This document shows, piece by piece, positions 56,705 to 64,000 of a stretch of 64,000 nt of DNA. The position numbers and the translations under genes are program-made. The DNA lies in the NCBI GenBank assembly GCA_965203325.1, contig OZ241875.1:1280001-1344000 (forward strand), written 5' to 3'. Source of the stretch: a bacterium (GTDB lineage Bacteria > UBA8248). The notes beneath the pieces were generated by a model. The model was not told the DNA's origin. It saw only the letters and a list, made by a program, of their open reading frames with translations, and searched no databases. Within the stretch, counting starts at the first letter, position 1; the number at the start of each line of letters is the position of its first letter.

Positions 56705-57318
56705 TCGAATCTTTCCTTTACGATGCGCACCACTTCTTCGTGCACCTGTTCAATCGCGCCCTCGCCCAAGGTGCGGAACCGTCCGGGCTCGCGCTTCGCC
56801 AGCGCCTCGAAGCCCGCCTGCACCTTGCGGTGAAACGCCAGGCTCTCGCCCTCGAGTCGGTCGCCCGCGCTTTCGCCGCGCGCGCGATCGAGACCTTCCT
56901 CAATCGATACGGAGAACAACAGCGTGAGGTCGGGGATAATCCCCCCGCTCGCCATCCGGTTCAACTCCCGCACCATCTCCTCGTCCAGCCCCCGTCCGAA
57001 CGCCTGGTACGCCGTCGTGGAGTCGAAGAACCGGTCGCAAAGAACGTGGACGCCCGCCTCCAGGGCCGGCCGAATCACCTCGCTCACGTGCTGCGCCCGC
57101 GCCGCCTCGTAGAGCAGGAGCTCCGTGGCGGCATCCAGGCCCTCATCGCGTGGAGCGAGCAATAACTCGCGAATCCCCTCGCCGACCTTCGTACCGCCGG
57201 GTTCGCGCGTGGCGCGAACCGGCAGCCCCCCTTCTTCCATCCACTCCTTCAAGCGCGCCATCTGGGTCGACTTGCCGCAACCCTCCACACCCTCGAACGT
57301 AATGAAACGACCCCGCAT
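56665..57318 (-). CDS. tmk: Thymidylate kinase
   Basis: 'FITFEGVEGCGKSTQ', 'TREPGG', 'LCDRFFDSTTAYQ', 'PDLT'. Confidence 0.95.
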   Translation of the reverse strand: MRGRFITFEGVEGCGKSTQMARLKEWMEEGGLPVRATREPGGTKVGEGIRELLLAPRDEGLDAATELLLYEAARAQHVSEVIRPALEAGVHVLCDRFFDSTTAYQAFGRGLDEEMVRELNRMASGGIIPDLTLLFSVSIEEGLDRARGESAGDRLEGESLAFHRKVQAGFEALAKREPGRFRTLGEGAIEQVHEEVVRIVKERFEWAGNPSAARTRP

Positions 57319-57391
57319 CGGCAAACTCCCAGAAAATTCCCGCGCCACACCTTACCACAACCCGCTCATGGGGCGGGCGGCATGCGAGCGA

Positions 57392-58771
57392 TCAGTTCCC
57401 GTCCAGCTTCCGGTATATGGTGCGCGTGGCGATTCCCAGGAGGCGGGCGGCGGCGCTCTTGTCGCCGCCCGTATGCCGGAGAGTCTCCAGAATGACCCGC
57501 CGCTCGACTTCCGCGAGCGGGGTGCCGACCTCGAGATTGATGAGCGGCGAGTCCGACGCCACGGACTGCTCTCCATTCGTGGGCTCGCCCCGGGCGATTT
57601 GCGCGGGCAAATCATCCACCGAGAGAATCTCTCCGCGGCTCAGCACCACGGCGCGCTCCACCATGTTCTCGAGTTCACGCACATTTCCCGGCCAGTGGTA
57701 GTTCGACATCGCATCGAGCGCCTCGCGCGAAAACGCGAGAACGGGCCGGTTGTTCTTCGCGGCGAAGCGCTGGAGGAAATGCTCGGCGAGCAGCGGAATG
57801 TCGCTGCGTCTGTCCCTCAGGGCCGGCATGTGAATGGTGATCACGTTCAGGCGATAATAGAGGTCCTCGCGAAACCTCTTGTCGGCCACGGCGGTTTGCA
57901 AGTCCGCGTTGGTGGAGGCCACGATACGCGCGTCCACCCTCAAAGTCTGCGTCCCGCCGACGCGCTCGAATTCGCCCTCCTGTAAAACCCGGAGAATCTT
58001 CGGCTGCAAAACGAGGGGCATATCCCCGATTTCATCGAGAAACAGCGTGCCCTCGTGCGCGATCTTGAACCGGCCCTCCTTCCGGCCCGCCGCGCCCGTG
58101 AACGCCCCGCGCTCGTAGCCGAACAGTTCGCTCTCGAGGAGCGTCTCGGGCAACGCTGCGCAGTTCACCTTCACCATCGCCTTGCCCGCCCGCTCGCTTC
58201 CCTCGTGCAGGGCGTTCGCCACCAGTTCCTTGCCCGTGCCGCTTTCGCCCAGTATCAGCACCGTGGCGGAGGTGGGCGCGACCTGGCGAACCATGTCCTT
58301 CACCCGGCGAATCGAGGGGTGGTCCCCCATCATGCCCGAGGTGTCTCTCAGGCTCTGGAGTTGCGCCCGCAAATCCGCGTTCTCGCGCAGGAGGGCCTGT
58401 TTTTCGAGCGCCTTGTCTATCGCCTTGAGGACAACCACGCGCTCGAGGGGCTTGGTGAGAAAATCATACGCCCCCTCACGCATCGCCTCGACGGCCGACT
58501 CGATGCTCCCGGCGCCGGAGATCAGGATCACTTCCGTATTCGGGCTGAGACGCTTCACCTCCTTGAGCAGGCCGATGCCGTCCATCCCGGGCATTCTGAG
58601 ATCGGTGATCACCAGATTTGCGGGCTCTGCGCCGAACATCTCTGCGGCGGTTTCCGCGTCGTGCGCCATGGCGACGTCGAACCCCTCTTTGGTGATCATC
58701 TTCTGGAGGGCCTCGCGGCTGCCACGCTTGTCGTCCACCACCAGCACGCGCGCCCCGGCGTGGTCGCTCAT
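57392..58771 (-). CDS. Sigma54-dependent response regulator (NtrC/AtoC/ZraR family)
   Basis: Receiver 'VVDD...DLRMPGMDG...KP', 'GESGTGKE', 'GAFTGA', 'LFLDEIG', 'WPGNVREL', Fis-type HTH. Confidence 0.95.
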   Translation of the reverse strand: MSDHAGARVLVVDDKRGSREALQKMITKEGFDVAMAHDAETAAEMFGAEPANLVITDLRMPGMDGIGLLKEVKRLSPNTEVILISGAGSIESAVEAMREGAYDFLTKPLERVVVLKAIDKALEKQALLRENADLRAQLQSLRDTSGMMGDHPSIRRVKDMVRQVAPTSATVLILGESGTGKELVANALHEGSERAGKAMVKVNCAALPETLLESELFGYERGAFTGAAGRKEGRFKIAHEGTLFLDEIGDMPLVLQPKILRVLQEGEFERVGGTQTLRVDARIVASTNADLQTAVADKRFREDLYYRLNVITIHMPALRDRRSDIPLLAEHFLQRFAAKNNRPVLAFSREALDAMSNYHWPGNVRELENMVERAVVLSRGEILSVDDLPAQIARGEPTNGEQSVASDSPLINLEVGTPLAEVERRVILETLRHTGGDKSAAARLLGIATRTIYRKLDGN

Positions 58772-60996
58772 GCTTTCGCCTCCTGCGCAACCGGGAGCGG
58801 GAGCTCGACGATGAAGGTGGCGCCCGCCCCCTCCCTGCTCTCGAAGTGGATGCCGCCGTCGTGCTCGGTGATGATTTGCCGGCTCAACACGAGGCCGAGG
58901 CCGGTCCCGTTCGCCTTCGTCGTGAAAAACGGCGTGAACAACGAGGCCTGATCCTCGCGGCTGATGCCTTCCCCGCTGTCCGATATACGGATGGCGAGAT
59001 GCCGGTTTTCGAGTTCCGTTTTCACCAGGAGGCGACCGCCGTCGGGCATTGCGTCGAAACCGTTCAGGATAAGGTTCTGAATCGCGACGCGCATTTGCGT
59101 TTCATCCAGGACGACCTCGGGGATGTCCCTTTCGAGTTCCTTTTCGACCTGGATTTTTCTGCTCGCCGCCACTTCCGCGTGCAGGTCCAGCAAATCCTCG
59201 ATCATTTCGTTGCAATTGACCGGCGTTCTCTCCAGACTGGGCATGCGCACGAATTTGAGATAATCGGCCGTCACCTGGCTGAGGATAGCCACCTCCGCCC
59301 TCACGGATTTGAGCAGCGCCCACGCCTCGGAGGTGTCCGCCTCCTGGAATTGCGACAACTCATCGCCGAGCAATTCCGCGCTCAGATTGATGGCCGAGAG
59401 AGGGTTGCGTATGGAATGCGCCACCTGCTCGCTCATCTTGCCGACGATCGAGAGCCTCTCGCTTTGGAGAACCTCTTTTTCGAGCGCTTTGCGCTCCGTC
59501 ACGTCCTTCAAATACAAAATCACCTGCAACGTTGCTCCCGAGGCGTCGAGAATCGGATAGGTATAGTATTCCATGGCCATCCGGCGCCCATCTTCCCATG
59601 AAATCGACTTTTCGAAAAAACCCGGCTCGCCGGTCGCGAACGTGTCGACCACGATGGCGCGCTCGACAAAAGACGCCGGCACCGGGGTGAGCGGCGATAT
59701 CTCCCATTTCTGATCCAGCAAATCGGACGTATCGCGCCCGAAGAGCCCGCCCATCGAGCGATTGAGCATCCGTATGCGGAAATCCTTGTCCAGAATGCCG
59801 ATGGCGTCCGTGATGCCGTCGAACAGCGCCTGAAGCCGCCTGTTGCTCTCGAACACCTGCTGGGACCAGATAATTCTGTCCTCGGCCCGTATGCGCCTGC
59901 GCTCACGGTCGAGTATCAAAAGAGCCGCCAGAACCAGGGCGATGAACCCGAAACCCGTCAACAGCCAGCCTTTTCGGAAAAGTCGTCCGATTAACCCGAC
60001 GAACTCGGTGGACGGCGCCGTGAGGGCGAAAGTCCATTTCTCGCCCCCTACCGGGAAGTTGCTGAATGCCGTCAGGTAACGCATGCGTTTTTCTTCATTC
60101 CCGGGTCTCAAGTCGAGGTGCCAGTCGAACCCTTTCACTTCTTTCTTCATCCGACCAACGAGTTTTTCGAGCCTCTCATCCTGCAGCTCACGCGCGAGGG
60201 TGGACAAATGAACGCCCTCCAGCCGCGGAATTCCCGGAGGGAGGATGATTCTGCCTTCGCCGTCCACGAGCCACGCCCGCTCGCGACCGCCCGATTGAAC
60301 GGGTTCGATGAAGGAACGCACCAGATTCGGCATGGCAATTCGCGCGTAGAGCCAGTCGCGTTTTCGCTGCGCCTCGGATCCTTCGGTCTCATCCCCGATT
60401 AACGCCACGGGGACAGCCGCGAACAGGGAGGAAACCCTTTGAGCATCATCGCGAATCACGATGATGCAGGCGCCCTGCGACAAGGAGCAGTTCGCAAGTT
60501 TTTCGAGTAATCCCTCGGGAATCGCGGCGATCTGCTGACCCGCTCCCTGCAGGTAGCCCAGTTCATTTACTTGAAACCCTCCGCCCAGCCTTTCATACAG
60601 CCCCATCATCACCGCCATACGTCCTGGATGATCGGGCTCGATGGTGCGCAGAAACCCCGCGCTGTAGCGCAAAGAGGCCGTGAGCGCCTCCAGAAAGGAG
60701 GCGATACGATCGCCGGCCTGCTCCACGAGAAGAAGCTGCCGGCGATTGGATCTTTCCTCTATCTCGATCTTGGTATCCACGTAGATGCGATAGGAAAGAA
60801 AACTCAATATCACTATCAACACGAACGTCGCGCCTATCGTGCAGTACTGGAACTTCCGGTTCGCCCGGCGTGAGCGGGCGATGCGCGAACGCGCCGAATC
60901 GCCGGTTTCATGGCTCGTCTCGTCGCGCGGCGGCGTCCGCCGCCCGAACCATCGCCTCCGTATGACTCGAAAGGCTCTCGTCCATGCGTTCGGCAT
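58768..60996 (-). CDS. Membrane-bound sensor histidine kinase with periplasmic sensor and PAS domain
   Basis: Two TM segments, PAS, H-box 'VAHSIRNPL', 'NLILNG', 'DSGEGI', 'FTPFFTTK..GTGLGL'. Coupled to the regulator. Exact start uncertain. Confidence 0.9.
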   Translation of the reverse strand: MPNAWTRAFRVIRRRWFGRRTPPRDETSHETGDSARSRIARSRRANRKFQYCTIGATFVLIVILSFLSYRIYVDTKIEIEERSNRRQLLLVEQAGDRIASFLEALTASLRYSAGFLRTIEPDHPGRMAVMMGLYERLGGGFQVNELGYLQGAGQQIAAIPEGLLEKLANCSLSQGACIIVIRDDAQRVSSLFAAVPVALIGDETEGSEAQRKRDWLYARIAMPNLVRSFIEPVQSGGRERAWLVDGEGRIILPPGIPRLEGVHLSTLARELQDERLEKLVGRMKKEVKGFDWHLDLRPGNEEKRMRYLTAFSNFPVGGEKWTFALTAPSTEFVGLIGRLFRKGWLLTGFGFIALVLAALLILDRERRRIRAEDRIIWSQQVFESNRRLQALFDGITDAIGILDKDFRIRMLNRSMGGLFGRDTSDLLDQKWEISPLTPVPASFVERAIVVDTFATGEPGFFEKSISWEDGRRMAMEYYTYPILDASGATLQVILYLKDVTERKALEKEVLQSERLSIVGKMSEQVAHSIRNPLSAINLSAELLGDELSQFQEADTSEAWALLKSVRAEVAILSQVTADYLKFVRMPSLERTPVNCNEMIEDLLDLHAEVAASRKIQVEKELERDIPEVVLDETQMRVAIQNLILNGFDAMPDGGRLLVKTELENRHLAIRISDSGEGISREDQASLFTPFFTTKANGTGLGLVLSRQIITEHDGGIHFESREGAGATFIVELPLPVAQEAKA

Positions 60997-61100
60997 CGGC
61001 TTCCCTCGAAAAGCGGCTTCTTTCGCTCAGCCCCGGCACCGGGTCTCAGGGTACGGGTTTCTAATTCGGGAAATCCCTTCCCCGCCCCGGCGCCGCGCGC

Positions 61101-61129
61101 TTGACAGAGGGAAAATCCCCCCATATCTT
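61101..61129 (+). promoter_or_regulatory. Sigma70-type promoter of hrcA
   Basis: TTGACA (61101-61106), 17-bp spacer, TATCTT (61124-61129). Confidence 0.75.
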
Positions 61130-61136
61130 GCACAAA

Positions 61137-61163
61137 TTAGCACTCCATGCGCCGGAGTGCCAC
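61137..61163. promoter_or_regulatory. CIRCE element upstream of hrcA
   Basis: TTAGCACTC-N9-GAGTGCCAC just downstream of the -10. Confidence 0.88.
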
Positions 61164-61207
61164 ACCAAAATTCAGCGCGAAAGACGCCTCAGCGGGAGAC
61201 TCGCGAA

Positions 61208-62260
61208 ATGGACGCCCTGGAACTTGCCCAGAGAAACCGGGAAATCCTGCGCGCCATCATCAACACTTTCGTGGACACGGGCGAACCCGTGGGGAGCCGC
61301 ACGCTCTCGAAACACGCGGACATCGCCTTGAGCCCCGCCACCATCCGGAACATCATGAGCGACCTGGCCGATGCGGGCTTCCTCACCAAGCCCCACGTCT
61401 CCTCGGGCAGGCTCCCCACCGACCTGGGCTACCGCGTCTTCGTCGACGATCTGATGGATTCTCACACCCTCACGAGCGAGGAGCAGGAATCCATGCGCCT
61501 GGGCGCTTCCGCACAGGCCGCCCAGATCGAACAGGTGCTCGCGCAGGCGACGCGCGTGCTATCGGAACTCACCAACACGGCGGGGCTCGTGCTCCTGCCC
61601 GCAGGCGAACAGCTCCACTTCAAGCACATCAACTTCGTGAAGATGTCGGAGGAAAAGACCCTGGCCGTCATCGTCTCCATGAGCGGGGTGGTGCAAAACC
61701 GCGTCATCCCGACCGAGACCCCCATGAGCCAGGACGAATTGAACAGGATATCGAACATGCTGAACGAGGAGTTCGGCGGCCTCGCCCTGAGAGAAGTGCG
61801 CGAGAAGATTATTCAGAAAATGGCCCATGCGCGCGATGACCTCGACATCCTCTACCGGCAGGCCCTCAAACTCAGCAAAGAGGCGCTCTCGGAAAGCGAA
61901 GCGGCGCAGGAATCCATTTTCGTCGAGGGGGCCTCGCGCGTGTTCTCGCAGCCTGATTTCGCCACCAACGCCGAAAAGCTCCAGACGCTCTACCGCACGT
62001 TCGAGGAGCGGGAAAAACTGGTGCGCCTGCTGGACAAGTGCCTGGAATCCTCGGACATCACCATTCTCATCGGTTCGGAGAACGATTTCGACGAGATGAA
62101 GGACTGCAGCGTCGTCGCCCAGCGCTACTATATGGACGACCGCCCGCTCGGCAGCATCGGCATCATCGGTCCCAAGCGCATGCGCTACGATCGCGCCGTA
62201 TCGCTGGTGGAATGGACGGCGGATTCGGTGTCGAAATTCCTCTCCTCGGGCGAGCGATAG
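61208..62260 (+). CDS. hrcA: Heat-inducible transcription repressor HrcA
   Basis: 'TGEPVGSRTL', 'SPATIRNIMSDL', 'PHVSSGRLPTDLGYRVFVD', 'GIIGPKRMRY'. Confidence 0.96.
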   Translation: MDALELAQRNREILRAIINTFVDTGEPVGSRTLSKHADIALSPATIRNIMSDLADAGFLTKPHVSSGRLPTDLGYRVFVDDLMDSHTLTSEEQESMRLGASAQAAQIEQVLAQATRVLSELTNTAGLVLLPAGEQLHFKHINFVKMSEEKTLAVIVSMSGVVQNRVIPTETPMSQDELNRISNMLNEEFGGLALREVREKIIQKMAHARDDLDILYRQALKLSKEALSESEAAQESIFVEGASRVFSQPDFATNAEKLQTLYRTFEEREKLVRLLDKCLESSDITILIGSENDFDEMKDCSVVAQRYYMDDRPLGSIGIIGPKRMRYDRAVSLVEWTADSVSKFLSSGER

Positions 62261-62308
62261 ACGAACCGCGCTTTCCTCCCAGCTCCCCCCGGCGGAGGTC
62301 ATGATTCC

Positions 62309-63394
62309 TTGAAGATCGCCGACGCCCTGAAAATCCTTGGCCTGGAGAAAAACCCCTCGGGGTCCCGACTCAAAAGCGCCTACAAGAAACTGGCCCTGGA
62401 ATTCCATCCGGACAGAAACCCCGGCGACGCGGAAGCCGAAAGGCGCTTCAAAGAAGTCGTCATCGCCCACGAAATCCTCCAGAACCCGAAACGCCCAAGC
62501 CCCGGCGGGACGCCTCGGGGGCGGAAATCGGCGCGCCAAAGAGGCGAATACGAGGAAAAATGGGAGGACATTTTCTCCCATATCTTCCGGAGCGCGCGTG
62601 AACCGGGGGATGAGAAAAAACCCAAGTCTCGGGACTTGCACGCCCAGGTGGAGGTGACACTCGAGGAACTGACGCGGGACTCCGAAAAAGAGGTCTCCAT
62701 TTCGCGCCGTATTCGCTGCGCCTCATGCGAGGGTCGCGGCTTTGAGGCGGGAGCGCGGATGAGCGCCTGCCCGGCGTGTAAGGGCGCGGGCGAGGTTCGC
62801 TACAGGCAGGGACTCGCGGAGTTGTGGGTTCCCTGCTCGGCTTGTGATGGAAACGGTGCTCACACAGGTCTTGCATGCCGGGACTGTGGAGGAGAGGGTC
62901 GCGTTAGCAGGCGGGAGAACCTGAGAGTGACGATTCCCGCCGCGACCAGAGAGGGCGCTCAAATCAGGCTCAAGGGCAAGGGCGATGAGGAGGCGCGATC
63001 GGGTGAGGCGGGAGACCTCATCGTCACGGTGCGTGCGAAGCCGCACCCCCTCTTCCGAAGGGAGGGCAACAACATCCTCTTCGACCTGCCGGTGAGCATC
63101 TCCCAGGCCGCCCTCGGCCACGAAGCCCTCGCCCCCACGCTCCAGGACGCGCGAACGATCAAGATTCCCGCAGGAACCCAGTCGGGTCGGGTTTTCCGCC
63201 TGAAGGGAGAGGGGCTCTCGCCTGCAGGCGGACGCAACACGGGCGACCTGCTCATCCGCGTGATCGTCGAAACACCCACCAAGCTGAACGAGCGCCAGCG
63301 TGAAATTCTCGATGAGTTCCAGAAAATCTCCTCGCCGTCCACGCACCCGAGAACCCGGTCGTTTCTGGAGAAGATGAGAGGCCTTCTCGAATGA
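62309..63394 (+). CDS. dnaJ: DnaJ family chaperone (J domain, zinc finger, C-terminal domain)
   Basis: 'FHPDRNPGD', four CxxCxGxG repeats, 'IPAGTQSG'. The G/F-rich region is reduced. TTG start. Confidence 0.85.
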   Translation: MKIADALKILGLEKNPSGSRLKSAYKKLALEFHPDRNPGDAEAERRFKEVVIAHEILQNPKRPSPGGTPRGRKSARQRGEYEEKWEDIFSHIFRSAREPGDEKKPKSRDLHAQVEVTLEELTRDSEKEVSISRRIRCASCEGRGFEAGARMSACPACKGAGEVRYRQGLAELWVPCSACDGNGAHTGLACRDCGGEGRVSRRENLRVTIPAATREGAQIRLKGKGDEEARSGEAGDLIVTVRAKPHPLFRREGNNILFDLPVSISQAALGHEALAPTLQDARTIKIPAGTQSGRVFRLKGEGLSPAGGRNTGDLLIRVIVETPTKLNERQREILDEFQKISSPSTHPRTRSFLEKMRGLLE

Positions 63395-63510
63395 GGGACC
63401 CGGGCCGCCTTGTTGCGCCCTGGAATTCCTGCTACATAACTCATCCAGAAATCGAATTTCACCGCACAATTCAGTATACCCCCGTACAAAAGACACAGGA
63501 GCATCCTACA

Positions 63511-64000
63511 TTGTCGAATCAAGCACATATCGATGAGTTCATCGAGAAGACACAAGCACTGAACGGCAAGCCCGTGCGCGAGCGCGAGGCGTGGAACAAC
63601 GAGGCGAGCGCCGACGCCATCCGCCATTTCGCCTACGGCATCGACGACGACAACCCGCTCTGGCTGGACGCCGGATACGCATCCGGCACATCTCACAAGC
63701 ACATCATGGCGCCGCCGGCGTTTCTGGTGTCGGTCCTATACCCGATTCTCCACGGCGCGCCCATGGAAGTGCCCCTCTCCTCCCTCATCGGGGGCGTGGA
63801 ATTCGAGTGGGAAAAACCCGTCTCCCAGGGAACCAGGCTGCGCGCGGAGTCGGTTCAGAAGGATTCGTTCGTCAAGACGAACAAGGCGGGCCGACAGCTC
63901 ATCTTCATCATCTCGGAGTGCACCTACTGGAACGAGGTGGATGAGGTCGTCGCCAGGGGCATCGGCACGATGATCAGGACTCTGCAGGAAGGGAACACGC
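63511..64000 (+). CDS. MaoC/FAS1-like hotdog-fold dehydratase, N-terminal part (runs off window; not in the ORF track)
   Basis: TTG start after AGGAG. Own translation MSNQAHIDEF...'DAIRHFAYGIDDDNPLWLD..YA...MAPPAFL...GGVEFEWEKPV..G' with no stop before the window end. Confidence 0.75.
   Translation, partial: MSNQAHIDEFIEKTQALNGKPVREREAWNNEASADAIRHFAYGIDDDNPLWLDAGYASGTSHKHIMAPPAFLVSVLYPILHGAPMEVPLSSLIGGVEFEWEKPVSQGTRLRAESVQKDSFVKTNKAGRQLIFIISECTYWNEVDEVVARGIGTMIRTLQEGNT

Overview
GC-rich bacterial chromosomal window with no rRNA, tRNA or CRISPR array detected. The gene content is compatible with a diderm of the Nitrospinota/Tectomicrobia/delta-proteobacterial type, but this is a weak inference. 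1-15.8 kb: catabolic block containing a hydantoinase/oxoprolinase 3' end, two cupins, four alpha/beta hydrolases (three of them paralogous), an MDR reductase, an LLM monooxygenase, a Dpp/Opp-type ABC binding protein plus permeases, an M20 peptidase, an enoyl-CoA hydratase and a CaiB CoA-transferase. 16.2-16.9 kb: IS110/IS1111 remnant whose downstream non-coding right end is still recognisable. 17-24.5 kb: gpsA, cupin, DtxR/MntR, TonB with an internal 432-bp duplication, CIRCE-controlled groES-groEL and an enoyl-CoA hydratase. 24.5-32.2 kb: repeat-rich accessory region. It holds a large mosaic surface lipoprotein gene divergent from a Cre-like tyrosine recombinase. Between them, two inverted 34-bp lox-like sites bracket a sigma70-type promoter, making a candidate invertible phase-variation switch. 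32.2-43.1 kb: a tightly packed respiratory operon with two di-haem cytochrome c peroxidases, an IdrB/IdrA-type (iodate-reductase clade, arsenite-oxidase-like) molybdoenzyme, a cytochrome c, a cytoplasmic GltD/NfnB-like flavo-iron-sulfur NAD(P)H oxidoreductase and its own Rieske/cytochrome b/tetrahaem c complex. 43-64 kb: DUF1330, cytochrome c', Lhr helicase, a low-GC nuclease-like ORF, patatin, a tmk-holB-PSP1-metG-(tatD/radical SAM fusion) run, a sigma54 two-component pair, CIRCE-hrcA-dnaJ and a truncated MaoC-like gene. The two best candidates for undescribed systems are the extended Idr + Rieske/cyt b + NAD(P)H-oxidoreductase operon and the Cre/lox-like invertible promoter in front of the surface lipoprotein. 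All family assignments come from motif recognition by eye, not from database searches.
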